Shown piece after piece: positions 10,420-21,576 of a stretch of DNA of 64,000 nt. The position numbers and the translations under genes were made by a program. The stretch spans positions 11,768-75,767 of the forward strand of contig CAXRCG010000048.1 of assembly GCA_964228885.1 (NCBI GenBank), read 5' to 3'. The stretch is from Pseudomonadales bacterium. Its GTDB lineage: Bacteria > Pseudomonadota > Gammaproteobacteria > Pseudomonadales > Azotimanducaceae. Each line of letters opens with the position of its first letter. The first letter of the stretch is position 1. The notes under the pieces were generated by a model. That model saw nothing but the letters and a program-made list of their open reading frames with translations. It was not told the DNA's origin and did no database searches.

Positions 10420-11586
10420 ATGCCACTTGTTAACGAAATTGTTGCCATGCAAGAAGAACTAACCCGATGGCGTAGAGATATTCATGCGCACCCTGAACTG
10501 GGTTTCGAAGAGGCCCGAACTGCTGCATTTGTTGCGAACAAACTTCAGGAGTTTGGCTTGCAAGTACATCAGAAAATTGGCAAAACCGGCGTAGTTGGCG
10601 TGTTAAAAGTGGGAAATGAAACCAAATCACTTGGATTACGTGCAGACATGGATGCCTTGCCAATTCACGAACGAAACAGTTTTGAACATCGATCACAAAC
10701 CGATGGCGTAATGCACGCGTGCGGCCACGACGGCCACACAACCATGTTGTTGGCAGCCGCCAAATATCTGTCGGAAACCCAGAACTTTCGAGGCCAAGTT
10801 AACTTCATCTTTCAACCTGCAGAAGAAGGCATCGGTGGGGCGCGCGCCATGATTGAGGATGGTCTGTTCGATCTATTCCCGTGTGACATGCTACTGGCGA
10901 TGCACAATGCACCGCGAATGGAAGTCGGTACCTTTGCAGCCATACCCGGCATTCGTACCGCTGCCGGAGCTTTTTTCGACATTACGGTTACGGGCAAAGG
11001 TGCACATGGGGCATTCCCGGACCAAGGCGTTGACCCGGTTCTAGTCGCGAGCGAATTGGTCGTTGCTGCACAATCCATCATTTCACGCAATATGCGTCCG
11101 ACTCAAACAGCGGCGTTGTCTATTACGCAAATCCATGCGGGTGATGCCTACAACGTCATACCAGGTGCCGCGAAACTGTCTGGCACCGTGAGAACCCTTG
11201 ATCACAAATCAATGCAAAAAATTGAGCGCCGCCTCAACGAGCTCGTTAACGGTATCTGTATGGCGCATGGCGCGTCGGGAGAAGTCGACTTCCGGGTTAA
11301 CTTCCATCCCGTGAACAATGACCAGTACGTCACTGAGATCGCTGCCAACGTGTGTAGCGAATTGGTCGGCAGCGACAAGGTTGTTCGAGAAGGGCCAGCC
11401 AGCACCGGCTCTGAGGACTTCTCTTTCATGTCTGAAGTTGTGCCAAGTTGTTACATCAACGTGGGAAATGGCGCTGACAGTCACTCTTTGCATAATCACG
11501 ATTATGACTTCAACGATGAAGCAACAGTTTATGGTGCCAGCTTCTTCGCGCGTGTTGTGGAATCGCAACTGCCTATTGAGCGCTAA
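10420..11586 (+). CDS. M20D-family amidohydrolase (N-acyl-amino-acid / hippurate hydrolase-like)
   Basis: RRDIHAHPELGFEE, MHACGHDGHTTMLL and FQPAEEGIGGA are the characteristic metal-binding blocks of the ILR1/HipO-type peptidase M20D family. Confidence 0.85.
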   Translation: MPLVNEIVAMQEELTRWRRDIHAHPELGFEEARTAAFVANKLQEFGLQVHQKIGKTGVVGVLKVGNETKSLGLRADMDALPIHERNSFEHRSQTDGVMHACGHDGHTTMLLAAAKYLSETQNFRGQVNFIFQPAEEGIGGARAMIEDGLFDLFPCDMLLAMHNAPRMEVGTFAAIPGIRTAAGAFFDITVTGKGAHGAFPDQGVDPVLVASELVVAAQSIISRNMRPTQTAALSITQIHAGDAYNVIPGAAKLSGTVRTLDHKSMQKIERRLNELVNGICMAHGASGEVDFRVNFHPVNNDQYVTEIAANVCSELVGSDKVVREGPASTGSEDFSFMSEVVPSCYINVGNGADSHSLHNHDYDFNDEATVYGASFFARVVESQLPIER

Positions 11587-11874
11587 AGACTGCCAGGCTT
11601 TACAAGCTGCGTTAGGTGGTAAAGATTTACAGCAGTTTCTAACTTAGTCAGCATTATATGAGATGCTTGTTGGCGAAATGTTCGTTCATGACGTTCGATT
11701 TCGCAGTGATAATACGCGTGCTTGAACCTGCAACGATAGTGCAATTGAGAGTAGATACTCAAAAAAAACAGACAACCGGTAACGTGCCATCACGTGTTTT
11801 CCTTAACGCCATCATCAGCGTTATCAACACATTGCATCGAAAGACAAGCAGGTTGGCAGTCTTACCGTCCTGTT

Positions 11875-13329
11875 TTAGCTTTGATTTCTATCTACCATAT
11901 CCTTGTCCAGCCGGCGCCAGGTTAACAGGAAGAACAGTGAACTTGCTGCATATAAGATCGCCATAATGACCATCGCCGACTGTAAACTCTGGGCGTAGAC
12001 CGCGCCACAGACGTTCTGCAAACTTTCGCTCAACCCTTCGATAGAACGCGGATGGCACTGGTTTCTAGTCAATTCCTCTGCGGCAACACCGAGTTCAGCC
12101 ACGCCGCTGGCAAAGAAAATATCAGAAGTGAAACCAATGAACAGCGGACCGCAGCCGTAGCCGATCAAATTGGCGATGAACAGCAGCACCGCTGTTGCCA
12201 TCGCTCGCACACGCATACTGACAACACCCTGGCCGATGGTATATTGTGCGGCAATATAGCCATACTTCACGAATCCGCCGATGATCAAGCCGATGGCGGC
12301 AAACAGCAGATTCTGGGTTGTGAAGGCAAACACATAAAATGGAATCGACAAAGCTAAACCAAGGGCCGGCACCCAAGCGATGGCGCCCGGATGTTTTTTG
12401 TAAAGTCTGGTTGCAAGCCATCCTGTCGCAAACGTGCCGATCGCAGATGACAATGATACGGGTGCGTTGATCCAAATAGCCGCTTCACCGGTTGTGATTT
12501 CGTGCGTGCGCACAAGGAAGATAGACTGAAACGAGGAGATGCCGTAACCGCAAAACGCAGCGACGGTGGCTCCCCCTGTCATCAGCCAGAAGGCGGGCTT
12601 TGTCGTCAGTTCTCGGATCGCTTCACGTAACGTTACCGGTTCTTTTGATTGCGTTACCTTCGGGTCAGTAAAACCCCGTGGCGGCTCTTTTACTGTGAAT
12701 TTAAACACCAAGGCAATCAACAGACCCGGCAGTCCGACCACAAAAAATGCCGTTCGCCAGTCAAACACGTCTGTCACCCAACCACCTATCAGGTTGGCAA
12801 ACATCGTGCCAAGCGTTACACCCATGGCGTAGACGCCAAGCGCCTGCGATCTGTCTCGCGGCGCGTAATAGTCTGCGATCAAGGAGTTAGCCGGGGGAGT
12901 ACAGCCGGCCTCTCCAACACCTACACCGACGCGACACATCAACAAAACCCAGAACGCGCCAATGGTGATCGAGCCGATGGTGATCTCGGTTGCTAGCCCA
13001 CATAGCGCTGTCATAAGAGACCAGAGCGCAACGCAGACCGTCATAATCCACACACGGTGCGCCGCATCAGCATACCGCGCGAGAGGAATACCCACGATGG
13101 TGTAAAGAAGGGCAAAACCGAAACCGGTAAGAAGACCGAATTGGGTATCGGAAATACCGAGCTCGGGCACAAGATCTGGGCCAACGACGGCAAGCAGGCC
13201 ACGGTCGACAAAGTTCATAATATAGATAAGCGTTAGGGCTGAGAGCACATAGGTTCGGTAGCGTTTTGTACCAAATCCTGTTATTTGATCAGGCGCTTCA
13301 CGTTCTTCGGGCGCGGTTACTGCAGTCAT
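11875..13329 (-). CDS. MFS transporter
   Basis: 484 aa with about 12 hydrophobic segments. MFS loop motif region FVDRGLLAVVGPDL...GLLTGFGFALLYTIVGIPLARYADAAHR. Confidence 0.85.
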   Translation of the reverse strand: MTAVTAPEEREAPDQITGFGTKRYRTYVLSALTLIYIMNFVDRGLLAVVGPDLVPELGISDTQFGLLTGFGFALLYTIVGIPLARYADAAHRVWIMTVCVALWSLMTALCGLATEITIGSITIGAFWVLLMCRVGVGVGEAGCTPPANSLIADYYAPRDRSQALGVYAMGVTLGTMFANLIGGWVTDVFDWRTAFFVVGLPGLLIALVFKFTVKEPPRGFTDPKVTQSKEPVTLREAIRELTTKPAFWLMTGGATVAAFCGYGISSFQSIFLVRTHEITTGEAAIWINAPVSLSSAIGTFATGWLATRLYKKHPGAIAWVPALGLALSIPFYVFAFTTQNLLFAAIGLIIGGFVKYGYIAAQYTIGQGVVSMRVRAMATAVLLFIANLIGYGCGPLFIGFTSDIFFASGVAELGVAAEELTRNQCHPRSIEGLSESLQNVCGAVYAQSLQSAMVIMAILYAASSLFFLLTWRRLDKDMVDRNQS

Positions 13330-13546
13330 AGATGGATCTCTTTACAAGGTGTTAGCTACTATCGAACGCCTTTACTGTAAATGTTTCAGTTCGCGTTGTC
13401 CGGTATATACGTGATAAAAATGTACAAACATCTGCAAAAGCCAGAGCGGTTCTAATTAGTGGGAATAACAGGGGTAGGATAAGACACCTGATATCGTCAA
13501 TAAATTCACGACCAAGGTCCTTTTTGATTCCTTTGTGATCGTTTGA

Positions 13547-13734
13547 TTATTGCTGCAGCGCCAGTAGCCTAGCAGCAAGGTGATCGATCAAGGCATGCAA
13601 GCGAACAGCTAGGTGTTTGGTTGGCGGGTAGACCACATATATTTCCAAGCGTGGCTCTATATATAGTTCGAGCGACAATGTGATTTGTTCGCTATCGATA
13701 TAAGATTGTGCAATGCACCGCGCTGACGTCGCCG
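13547..13734 (-). pseudogene. possible relic of the 3' end of a LysR-type regulator gene
   Basis: My minus-strand translation gives TATSARCIAQSYIDSEQITLSLELYIEPRLEIYVVYPPTKHLAVRLHALIDHLAARLLALQQ*. It has no start codon and a TAA lies immediately upstream. It resembles the C-terminal 60 aa of LysR regulators (l-lvyP-r--l--kvRaFiDfl). Confidence 0.4.
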
Positions 13735-13874
13735 TTTATCCGCGCATATTTTACCTCAGGTTTTCGCTGGCACGTTTAATGGGTGGCATAGCGTAAAGTC
13801 AACCCGAGCGGGACCATCAAAAGCTCAGTGCCCTGCACTCGCTATCTTGCTCGCTGTGACGTGTTCCAGCCCGG

Positions 13875-14303
13875 CTATCTTATGATCCGATGTTTTTGTT
13901 CTTTTAAACCCGCCGTCACGACGCTTAAAATCTGGCGACACGTTACCTGACCAACTAACAGTCCATCAACAACAACAGGCCTTCGTCTGTGCTTGTGATC
14001 CAACATAGACGTTGCCACGTCAATGATATCATCCGAGGGGCTTTGCGTTTCTAAATTGGTAGACATGAGATCGCCCACCACTGCTGTGCTGAACGCTTCA
14101 TCGTTGTATGCGCTTGCCAGTAGTGCTCTGAGACAATCCAGCTCGGAGAGCATTCCCAGCAGCGCTCTTCTGTCATCAATCACAGCCAACCCAGAGACTT
14201 TATTGCTCAAGATTCTCTGCGCTGCTTCATACACCGTCAAGTCTGCTTTCGCCGTTAAAGGGTTTTTCAACATATAATCATTTAATTCAACTGAACCTAG
14301 CAT
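13875..14303 (-). CDS. CBS-domain pair protein
   Basis: 142 aa. Two CBS-like repeats (VSGLAVIDDRRALLGMLSELD and RRRPVVVDGLLVGQVTCRQIL). Same strand as nuoN and directly downstream of it. Confidence 0.8.
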   Translation of the reverse strand: MLGSVELNDYMLKNPLTAKADLTVYEAAQRILSNKVSGLAVIDDRRALLGMLSELDCLRALLASAYNDEAFSTAVVGDLMSTNLETQSPSDDIIDVATSMLDHKHRRRPVVVDGLLVGQVTCRQILSVVTAGLKEQKHRIIR

Positions 14304-14414
14304 AAGGCCTTCCTCCGTTTTAAGGTGGTGTTTCAGTTCTGACCGAACACACCCGTATGCGTTTCGTTAAAAAACGCAACCAACCGTGCTATCGACTGCT
14401 TGTAAAGCCGCACG

Positions 14415-15869
14415 TTAAATCATTGATTTAGCGACCGATGACACCCAATCCACCACTAGGGTTGGATACACACCAAGATAAACCAAGAGGAACGCTAGCG
14501 TTCCTAGCGCCCAGCCGCCAGTTGCGGGGATGGCTATTGGTTCACCTGAATCAGTATGGGTTGTCATCGTAAATATGATTCTGAGGTAGTAAAAAAGGCC
14601 TATGCCGCTGCCTATCACTACCGCAACAAGAAGCGCCCAGAGTTCAGATTCTACTCCCGCCGCGACAATATAGAATTTTCCAACGAAACCAAGTGTCAGT
14701 GGTATCCCGGCAAGCGAAAGCAGCATTGCGCTGAAAAAAGTAGCTAGCAGTGGTCTACGCCAAAACAGGCCTTGATAATGGGACATTTCGTCCTTGTCAC
14801 TTCCCTGTGATTCACAGGACATGATAGCCACAACTCCAAAAGCGCCAATTGTTGTAATGAAATAGGCAAAAAGGAAAAATATTGATGCTTCGATAGCAAG
14901 CTGTTTGCCGCCCAGAATACTCGCGCTGACAAAGGCGACCATAAGGTAGCCTAAGTGCGCAATTGAAGAGTAGGCCAACACCCGTTTTATTTTCGTTTGC
15001 ATCAGCGCGAGCACATTACCTATAACGATCGAAAGAATTGCTATCCAAAACAGGCTTTCCGTGATGAGGTTGTATTGATACCCATCGAAGGAAAGAAAAA
15101 ATCTCAGCAACGCAGCGAAAATTCCACCCTTAGATATTGTTGCCAGTAGTGCAGTGGCCGGCGCAGGCGCGCCTTCATAGACATCAGGCGTCCACATGTG
15201 AAAAGGAACCAATGACAATTTGAAACCTATTCCCGCCAGTATCATCGTTGTTCCAATCAGAATGAACCCATTCTCGAGCGTGCTTTGGGGTTGAGCAGAC
15301 GAAGCCATTTCACTAAATGAAAGCGTGCCCAGAACAGCAAACATCAGAGCAGCACCAAACAAGATGAATGCAGAGGAAACGCCGGAGAGAATGAGGTATT
15401 TCAACGCTGCTTCAAGACCGAATAGTCCTTTAGATGGATAAGAAATCATTGCGTAAAGTGATACGCCAACAAGTTCCAGTCCTAAAATGAAAGAGACAAA
15501 GTGGGCGCTATGGGCAAGTGTCATTGCACCAAGGGTTGACAGCATCAAAAGCAGAATGAATTCATCTTGGTTTTCTCCGCGGTTCTTCAGATAACTGTAG
15601 GATATAAGACTGATAAATATACCAGCGGCGACAATGAGGCCACTGAACAGCGTCGCATAAGCATCAACCAGGATGAGCGGTGTCACATATCCGGAATCTG
15701 TACTTGACCCCCCCCAAGCGATTGAAAGTAAGGTGCTCGCGAGCCCAAGGCAGCACAACAGGCAGGTCAGTGCGAGATTGCGGGCAAAGGCAATGACGAG
15801 CATCACGAGAATTATTGATGTCGTTAATATCATCAAGGGAAGTAGAGCAAAGAGATCTAGCGTATTCAT
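14415..15869 (-). CDS. nuoN: NADH-quinone oxidoreductase subunit N
   Basis: Polytopic antiporter-like subunit and last gene of the nuo operon. I prefer the ATG at 15869 (MNTLDLF), which overlaps the nuoM stop as ATGA. Confidence 0.9.
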   Translation of the reverse strand: MNTLDLFALLPLMILTTSIILVMLVIAFARNLALTCLLCCLGLASTLLSIAWGGSSTDSGYVTPLILVDAYATLFSGLIVAAGIFISLISYSYLKNRGENQDEFILLLMLSTLGAMTLAHSAHFVSFILGLELVGVSLYAMISYPSKGLFGLEAALKYLILSGVSSAFILFGAALMFAVLGTLSFSEMASSAQPQSTLENGFILIGTTMILAGIGFKLSLVPFHMWTPDVYEGAPAPATALLATISKGGIFAALLRFFLSFDGYQYNLITESLFWIAILSIVIGNVLALMQTKIKRVLAYSSIAHLGYLMVAFVSASILGGKQLAIEASIFFLFAYFITTIGAFGVVAIMSCESQGSDKDEMSHYQGLFWRRPLLATFFSAMLLSLAGIPLTLGFVGKFYIVAAGVESELWALLVAVVIGSGIGLFYYLRIIFTMTTHTDSGEPIAIPATGGWALGTLAFLLVYLGVYPTLVVDWVSSVAKSMI

Positions 15870-17398
15870 CGGCTTGCTCCTATCCACGCAGACGAACTAC
15901 CAAGGGTTAATTCAGACAAGCTGGCTAACACCGGGTCAACAAGATCGAACACAGGCTGAGGATAAACGCCAATCCATGTGAGCGCGAAGATCATGGGAAT
16001 CATTGCCACCATTTCCCGGCCGCCAAAGTCGTCAAATTTTATGCCCGAGATTTCCGGATCGCTGGACTTTTGACCCTGGAAAACACGTTGCATAGCAATT
16101 AGCCCATAAATCGCACCGGTGATTAGCCCCATTGTGGCTAAGACAGTGATGGTTTTATTGATACTAAACGCGCCTAAAAGTATGAGGAATTCGCCAACAA
16201 AATTGCCTAAGCCGGGCATGCCAAGCGAGGCGATAATGAAGAACATTGCGACTGCACCCATCCTTGGTGCTGAATGCCAGATTCCCCCCATCCGAGTCAT
16301 ATCTCGCGTGTGTAATCTATGTTGAAGCGCGCCTGCGATCATGAACAAAGCGGCGGTTGATAGTCCGTGCGCGACCATCTGCATCACCGAACCTTGAATC
16401 GTGAGCTCTGTCCAGGCAAACACCCCAACCAGAACAAAACCCATATGACTCACACTACTGTAGGCAACAAGACGTTTAAAATCAGTTTGGGCAAAAGCAA
16501 GTAGCGCACCGTAGACAATACTTATCGCACCAAGCGTCATCGCAACGCCGGCGATGTCCGCTGCAGCCTCTGGAAAGAGCGGTACGGTGAAGCGAATGAG
16601 ACCATAGGCGCCGGTTTTCAATAATATGCCTGCAAGCAACACGCTGGCAGCCGTTGGTGCCTGCGTGTGCGCGTCCGGCAGCCAGGTGTGGAATGGAAAT
16701 CCGGGTAGCTTGACAACAAATGCCACAAAGAAGCCGCACATTAACCAGAACGAGAGCGTCTCTCCAAGTTGGTGTCCCATTAGGTCGAAATAGTTGAACG
16801 TGAGTGGCGCCCCGGTACCAGCGACACCGAGGACTAGCGCCAAGATTGCCACTAACATCATCAGTCCGCTGACCTGAGTGAAGAGGAAAAACTTCATTGC
16901 GGCATAGGCTTTGTTCTCGTGTCCCCATATGGCAATGAGAAGGTACATGGGTATCAGCATGACCTCCCAGAAGAAGAAAAACAGAAACAGGTCAAGCGCA
17001 ACAAACACGCCCACGACGCCAGCCAGCGTCCACATGAGGTTAAACTGAAAAAAGCCGGGGCGACGATCGATTTCATCCCAGGATGACAGTATTGCAATAA
17101 AGCCAAGAAAGAGTGTGAGTGAGACCATCAAAAGACTCAGCCCATCAATAGCCATGACGAAACCGATACCAAAACGCGGAATCCACGGAACGCTTAACAC
17201 TTCATACCAAGTTGATGAGACACCGGCTAACATCAATTCTTGCTGGGTCGGTTGAAAATAAAGCGTTGCAATCAGTATTGAAGCGATAAAACAGGTGCCA
17301 ACAGATATCCATCGTGGCAGATCTTTATTCCATGCTTCAATCGACCAAGCAACAAGGCCGCCAATGAATAATGTCAGTATCGTTAGCAGCATGATCAT
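15866..17398 (-). CDS. nuoM: NADH-quinone oxidoreductase subunit M
   Basis: 510 aa antiporter-like subunit with an ATGA overlap with nuoL. Size and position match the E. coli/Pseudomonas operon. Confidence 0.9.
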   Translation of the reverse strand: MIMLLTILTLFIGGLVAWSIEAWNKDLPRWISVGTCFIASILIATLYFQPTQQELMLAGVSSTWYEVLSVPWIPRFGIGFVMAIDGLSLLMVSLTLFLGFIAILSSWDEIDRRPGFFQFNLMWTLAGVVGVFVALDLFLFFFFWEVMLIPMYLLIAIWGHENKAYAAMKFFLFTQVSGLMMLVAILALVLGVAGTGAPLTFNYFDLMGHQLGETLSFWLMCGFFVAFVVKLPGFPFHTWLPDAHTQAPTAASVLLAGILLKTGAYGLIRFTVPLFPEAAADIAGVAMTLGAISIVYGALLAFAQTDFKRLVAYSSVSHMGFVLVGVFAWTELTIQGSVMQMVAHGLSTAALFMIAGALQHRLHTRDMTRMGGIWHSAPRMGAVAMFFIIASLGMPGLGNFVGEFLILLGAFSINKTITVLATMGLITGAIYGLIAMQRVFQGQKSSDPEISGIKFDDFGGREMVAMIPMIFALTWIGVYPQPVFDLVDPVLASLSELTLGSSSAWIGASR

Positions 17399-19236
17399 GA
17401 TGCTTGAACTCCCAGCATGAGAGCGATGATCAGAACTAGGCCGAGAACCATCGTACCTGCGTAGGTTCTGAGTTGACCGGTCTGTGTTTGCACACTCACT
17501 TTATTCGCCCAGAGCATGAGGACGGCAATCCAGCCATAGATGTGGTCGATGAAGTCTGCCCGATTAATTTTTGCGAGCCAGGTATAGGGGATGACAAATA
17601 TCTTTTCATAGAGCCAATCCATGGCCCAGTGACTGTGAAAAAATCGAATCAATGATTTTCCCGGAGACGATTGGGTCATCGCCGTGATATCGACACTGCG
17701 CCTTAGGAAAAGCAGATAGGCGATAAATACGCCCAATGCGGGTATGGCAGCGGTGACAATTGGAATCAGTCCAGTGTGGTCGAGTGTGCTCGCGGCAGGA
17801 AAAACAGCTTCGACCGGGATTGAGATAAGTCCTCCTGCAAGCGCAAGAATGCATAAAATCACGAGTGGACCTGCCATACCCCAATTGGCCGGCGCTTCCG
17901 GTTCCGTTTTGATTTCACCAAAGAAAACAAGAAATACCAGTCTGAAGCTGTAAATTGAAGTAAGCAAAGCACCGAGCAACCCCGCACCCCATAATAGGGG
18001 GCCGTTCCAACTAGCGTGATATGCGGACAACAGTATGGCGTCTTTCGAGTAAAATCCTGAGGTAAGTGGCAGCGCTGCAAGCGCGGCACTGCCAATCATG
18101 AAGCTCCAGAAAGCAACCGGTAGTCGGGTTCTGAGCCCCCCCATCTTCAGTATATTATGCTCGTGATGCAGGCTGAAAATGACTGCACCCGCGGCAAGGA
18201 ATAACAGCGCTTTGAAAAAAGCGTGAGTCATGAGATGAAACACACTAGATGCCCATGCGCCAACACCGAGCGCAAGGAACATATAGCCGATTTGACTTAT
18301 TGTCGAATAAGCAAGAATTCGCTTGATGTCGTTTTGTGTCATCGCAGTAAATGCTGCCACGATGAGTGTCATTCCCCCAACAACTGCAACCGTATGCAGC
18401 GCCGTCGGTGATAGCAAAAACAAATCGTGCGTGCGAGCTATCAGATATACACCCGCAGTCACCATCGTCGCGGCGTGAATCAACGCACTGACCGGCGTAG
18501 GTCCAGCCATGGCATCTGGCAACCAAGTCTGCAGCGGAAGTTGAGCAGATTTTCCCACTGCTCCACCCAATAACAAGAGACACGCAATTGTCAGCATCGT
18601 GCTTCCGTTTGGCCACACCTCCTGCGCGGCGATTGCAAGCGGTATAAAGTCTAGAGTACCCAGTTGGTGGAACAGAATAAAAAGCCCAAGTGCCATCGCA
18701 GCGTCACCGATCCGCGTAACAATGAACGCTTTTCTTGCCGCTGCGCCATTAGCTGGATCTTCGTGCCAGAACCCGACCAGCAGATAGCTACATAGCCCCA
18801 CACCCTCCCAACCTACAAATAGCAATAACAGATTGTCGGCAAGAACAAGAACCAGCATGGCCGAGACAAAAAGGTTCATGTATGAGAAGAACCGACTGTA
18901 GTCCTTGTCATCCCACATAAATGCCGAAGAATAGATGTGGATGAGTAAACCCACGCCTGTAATGACCGACATCATCGTCAGTGTGAGCCCATCAACATAA
19001 AAGCTGACCGCTGGCGCGAACCCACCGACGTTGATCCAGGTGTAGATCTCGGCACTCAGTGGCATGTTAGTTTCCAGTAGCGACTTGCCGACAAAAACAG
19101 TCATCAACGCGGAAATGGCGATACTGCCAATGCCAACCACGGCCACCGTTTTTCTTGGCAGCTTGCCGAGGGTGCAAAACAGTATAAGGAACCCAACTAG
19201 AGGAGACAGAGGGATCAGAAAAAGAAGATCAGCCAT
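17395..19236 (-). CDS. nuoL: NADH-quinone oxidoreductase subunit L
   Basis: 613 aa, the largest antiporter-like subunit, with a C-terminal extension. Confidence 0.9.
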   Translation of the reverse strand: MADLLFLIPLSPLVGFLILFCTLGKLPRKTVAVVGIGSIAISALMTVFVGKSLLETNMPLSAEIYTWINVGGFAPAVSFYVDGLTLTMMSVITGVGLLIHIYSSAFMWDDKDYSRFFSYMNLFVSAMLVLVLADNLLLLFVGWEGVGLCSYLLVGFWHEDPANGAAARKAFIVTRIGDAAMALGLFILFHQLGTLDFIPLAIAAQEVWPNGSTMLTIACLLLLGGAVGKSAQLPLQTWLPDAMAGPTPVSALIHAATMVTAGVYLIARTHDLFLLSPTALHTVAVVGGMTLIVAAFTAMTQNDIKRILAYSTISQIGYMFLALGVGAWASSVFHLMTHAFFKALLFLAAGAVIFSLHHEHNILKMGGLRTRLPVAFWSFMIGSAALAALPLTSGFYSKDAILLSAYHASWNGPLLWGAGLLGALLTSIYSFRLVFLVFFGEIKTEPEAPANWGMAGPLVILCILALAGGLISIPVEAVFPAASTLDHTGLIPIVTAAIPALGVFIAYLLFLRRSVDITAMTQSSPGKSLIRFFHSHWAMDWLYEKIFVIPYTWLAKINRADFIDHIYGWIAVLMLWANKVSVQTQTGQLRTYAGTMVLGLVLIIALMLGVQAS

Positions 19237-19239
19237 AAC

Positions 19240-19557
19240 TTAGCCCCTCATCCCGCTAGCCTGGTCAATGTCCAAGGAGGGGAACCGACGATGCACCTGA
19301 AGTAATAATCCGAGCGCGATGGAGACTTCAGCAGCGGCGATACTGAGGATAAACATAAACATTATCTGTCCATCAGCAATACCCCAGTGTGCGCCTGCGA
19401 CAATAAACGCCAGACCGCAGGCATTCAGCATGATCTCTAGCGACATGAGAATCAGAATGATATTTCTTCTGACCAACACACCAAGTAAGCCTATGGTGAA
19501 AAGCATCGCGGCTAACAGTAACCCGTGGGTCATGGGAATTACGACAGCCTCACCCAT
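19240..19557 (-). CDS. nuoK: NADH-quinone oxidoreductase subunit K
   Basis: About 105 aa. [23 protein letters not shown]...LEIMLNA...AAAEVSIGL pattern of NuoK. Start moved to the ATG at 19557. Confidence 0.85.
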   Translation of the reverse strand: MGEAVVIPMTHGLLLAAMLFTIGLLGVLVRRNIILILMSLEIMLNACGLAFIVAGAHWGIADGQIMFMFILSIAAAEVSIALGLLLQVHRRFPSLDIDQASGMRG

Positions 19558-20071
19558 TGTCTTGCTCCCGAACATCGATAAAGTATCGTCGCCCTAGGTG
19601 ATAGGCACCAACCAGCGCCGCTAGCAACAACATTGAGGCAAGCTCCACCGCCAACACATAAGGACCAAATAGTTCGAGACCAACAGCCTTGGGACCAATC
19701 ACCTGCCCGGCTAAGTTTTGTTGGGTACCGCTCAATATGTAAACAATTTCAAAAAACAGGACCGCACAAAGGATTGAAGGTCCGATCCACATGGATGGGT
19801 TCAGCAGGGCATGCTCCTCGGTATCACCGGAGGCGCCGAGATTCAGCATCATGATCACAAAGACAAACAGGACCATTATGGCGCCTGCATAAATCACCAC
19901 CTCAAGCACCGCGGCAAATGGCGCACCGACAAGATAAAAAATAATCGCAGAAGCAAGGAGAGAGATGATCAGATAGATCAGAGCATGGGCAGCGTTATAT
20001 CTCGTGACCGCCATAATGGTGGAAACGAGTGATACGGTTGCCGCTATGTAGAACAGTCCAAGTTCCAGCAT
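19550..20071 (-). CDS. nuoJ: NADH-quinone oxidoreductase subunit J
   Basis: 173 aa membrane subunit between nuoI and nuoK. Confidence 0.85.
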   Translation of the reverse strand: MLELGLFYIAATVSLVSTIMAVTRYNAAHALIYLIISLLASAIIFYLVGAPFAAVLEVVIYAGAIMVLFVFVIMMLNLGASGDTEEHALLNPSMWIGPSILCAVLFFEIVYILSGTQQNLAGQVIGPKAVGLELFGPYVLAVELASMLLLAALVGAYHLGRRYFIDVREQDNG

Positions 20072-20095
20072 AAAAAACCTGTCTTATAAATTAAA

Positions 20096-20632
20096 CTATG
20101 GCAATAAGCTTCTCACGTCTATGGGTGTCGCCTCGTTTAAGGATTCACCTTTGTCTTTATCTTTAATCGCTTTACCAGCTACGTGGTAGAAGCTGTAGCC
20201 AGGATATTTCCCCTGGCCACTAATGAGTAAATGTTCTTTCTCATAGACCATGTTTTGTCGGTCGTATTCACACATCTCAAAGTCGGGTGTGAGTTGAATA
20301 GCGTAGGTGGGACAAGCTTCCTCGCACAGCCCACACATAATGCAGCGGGAGAAGTTGATGCGAAAAAAGTCTGCGTACCAACGACCATGCTCGTCTTCGG
20401 TTTTTTGTAACGCAATACAATCAACCGGACATGCCACTGCACACAAATTGCAAGCAACACATCGCTCTTCACCTCCTGGATCGCGCGTCAACACTATTCG
20501 ACCTCGATACCTTGGCGCGAGATATGGCATTTCCTCTGGGTACTCGATCGTGTCGGTTGGTGTAAAGGTGTGTAGCAATACCCGGTACAGGGTGACCAAC
20601 TGGCTCCAGATCGCTTTCAGAATCATGCCCAT
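20096..20632 (-). CDS. nuoI: NADH-quinone oxidoreductase subunit I (2x[4Fe-4S] ferredoxin)
   Basis: [28 protein letters not shown] and [12 protein letters not shown] cluster motifs. Confidence 0.95.
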   Translation of the reverse strand: MGMILKAIWSQLVTLYRVLLHTFTPTDTIEYPEEMPYLAPRYRGRIVLTRDPGGEERCVACNLCAVACPVDCIALQKTEDEHGRWYADFFRINFSRCIMCGLCEEACPTYAIQLTPDFEMCEYDRQNMVYEKEHLLISGQGKYPGYSFYHVAGKAIKDKDKGESLNEATPIDVRSLLP

Positions 20633-21576
20633 AACAGAATTGCTCCCGTTGCAAGAAGGTTAATGAGCGTCAGCGGCAGCAGGTATTTCCACCCAAATGA
20701 CATCAGTTGATCGTAACGAGGTCTGGGGATAGCTGCCCGCAATAAGATAAAAAAGCAGATAAATGCAAAGGATTTCAGGAAGAACCAGAATATAGGTGGT
20801 AAGAAGTCAGGCCCTAACCAACCACCAAAGAAGATTGTCGCGATCATCGAGGAGATAAGAATCACACCCAAATATTCACCGACCATAAACATGCCGAACT
20901 TCATACCTGAATATTCAGTATGAAAACCCGCGACCAACTCGTGTTCAGCCTCAGGCAGATCGAAAGGTAACCTGTGGCTTTCAGCTATACCCGCGATCAG
21001 GAAGATCAAAAAACCAATAAACTGTGGTATGAAAAACCAGCTGTTATCAGCCTGCCATAAGACAATGTCAACTAAACTAAAAGTTCCGGCCTGCATCACG
21101 ACACCCATCAGTGACAACCCCATGAAGACCTCATAGCTGACCATCTGTGCAGCAGACCGCAAGCCGCCGAGCAATGCGTATTTGTTGTTTGATGCAAGAC
21201 CGCCGAGTAACACGCTATAAACGGCAAGTGAGGTCATGCCTAGAAAAAATAACAAGCCAATATTCAGATCCGCAACATAAAGGTCTGGCGCATAGGGAAC
21301 TACGGCAAATCCGAGCAGCATCGCCATGACAATCGCGGTAGGTGCGAAAACGAACACAAAACGGTCCGCAAATGGCGGTACCCAGTCCTCCTTGGCGAAT
21401 AGCTTAATGATGTCAGCAACTGCCAAGCCCGCGCCCAATAACCCAACCCGGTTTGGTCCCAACCTGTCTTGCCATATCCCCAAAAGTCTTCGCTCAAACC
21501 ACACCAGCAGAGCCGCGCCCGCGAATGAACCAAACAAGGTGCCAAAGATCACTAGATATATGACGAGTTCTGCCAT
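20623..21576 (-). CDS. nuoH: NADH-quinone oxidoreductase subunit H
   Basis: 317 aa from ATG 21576 (MAELVIY), which overlaps the nuoG stop as TAATG. The 46-codon track extension overlaps nuoG and is rejected. Confidence 0.9.
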   Translation of the reverse strand: MAELVIYLVIFGTLFGSFAGAALLVWFERRLLGIWQDRLGPNRVGLLGAGLAVADIIKLFAKEDWVPPFADRFVFVFAPTAIVMAMLLGFAVVPYAPDLYVADLNIGLLFFLGMTSLAVYSVLLGGLASNNKYALLGGLRSAAQMVSYEVFMGLSLMGVVMQAGTFSLVDIVLWQADNSWFFIPQFIGFLIFLIAGIAESHRLPFDLPEAEHELVAGFHTEYSGMKFGMFMVGEYLGVILISSMIATIFFGGWLGPDFLPPIFWFFLKSFAFICFFILLRAAIPRPRYDQLMSFGWKYLLPLTLINLLATGAILLWA

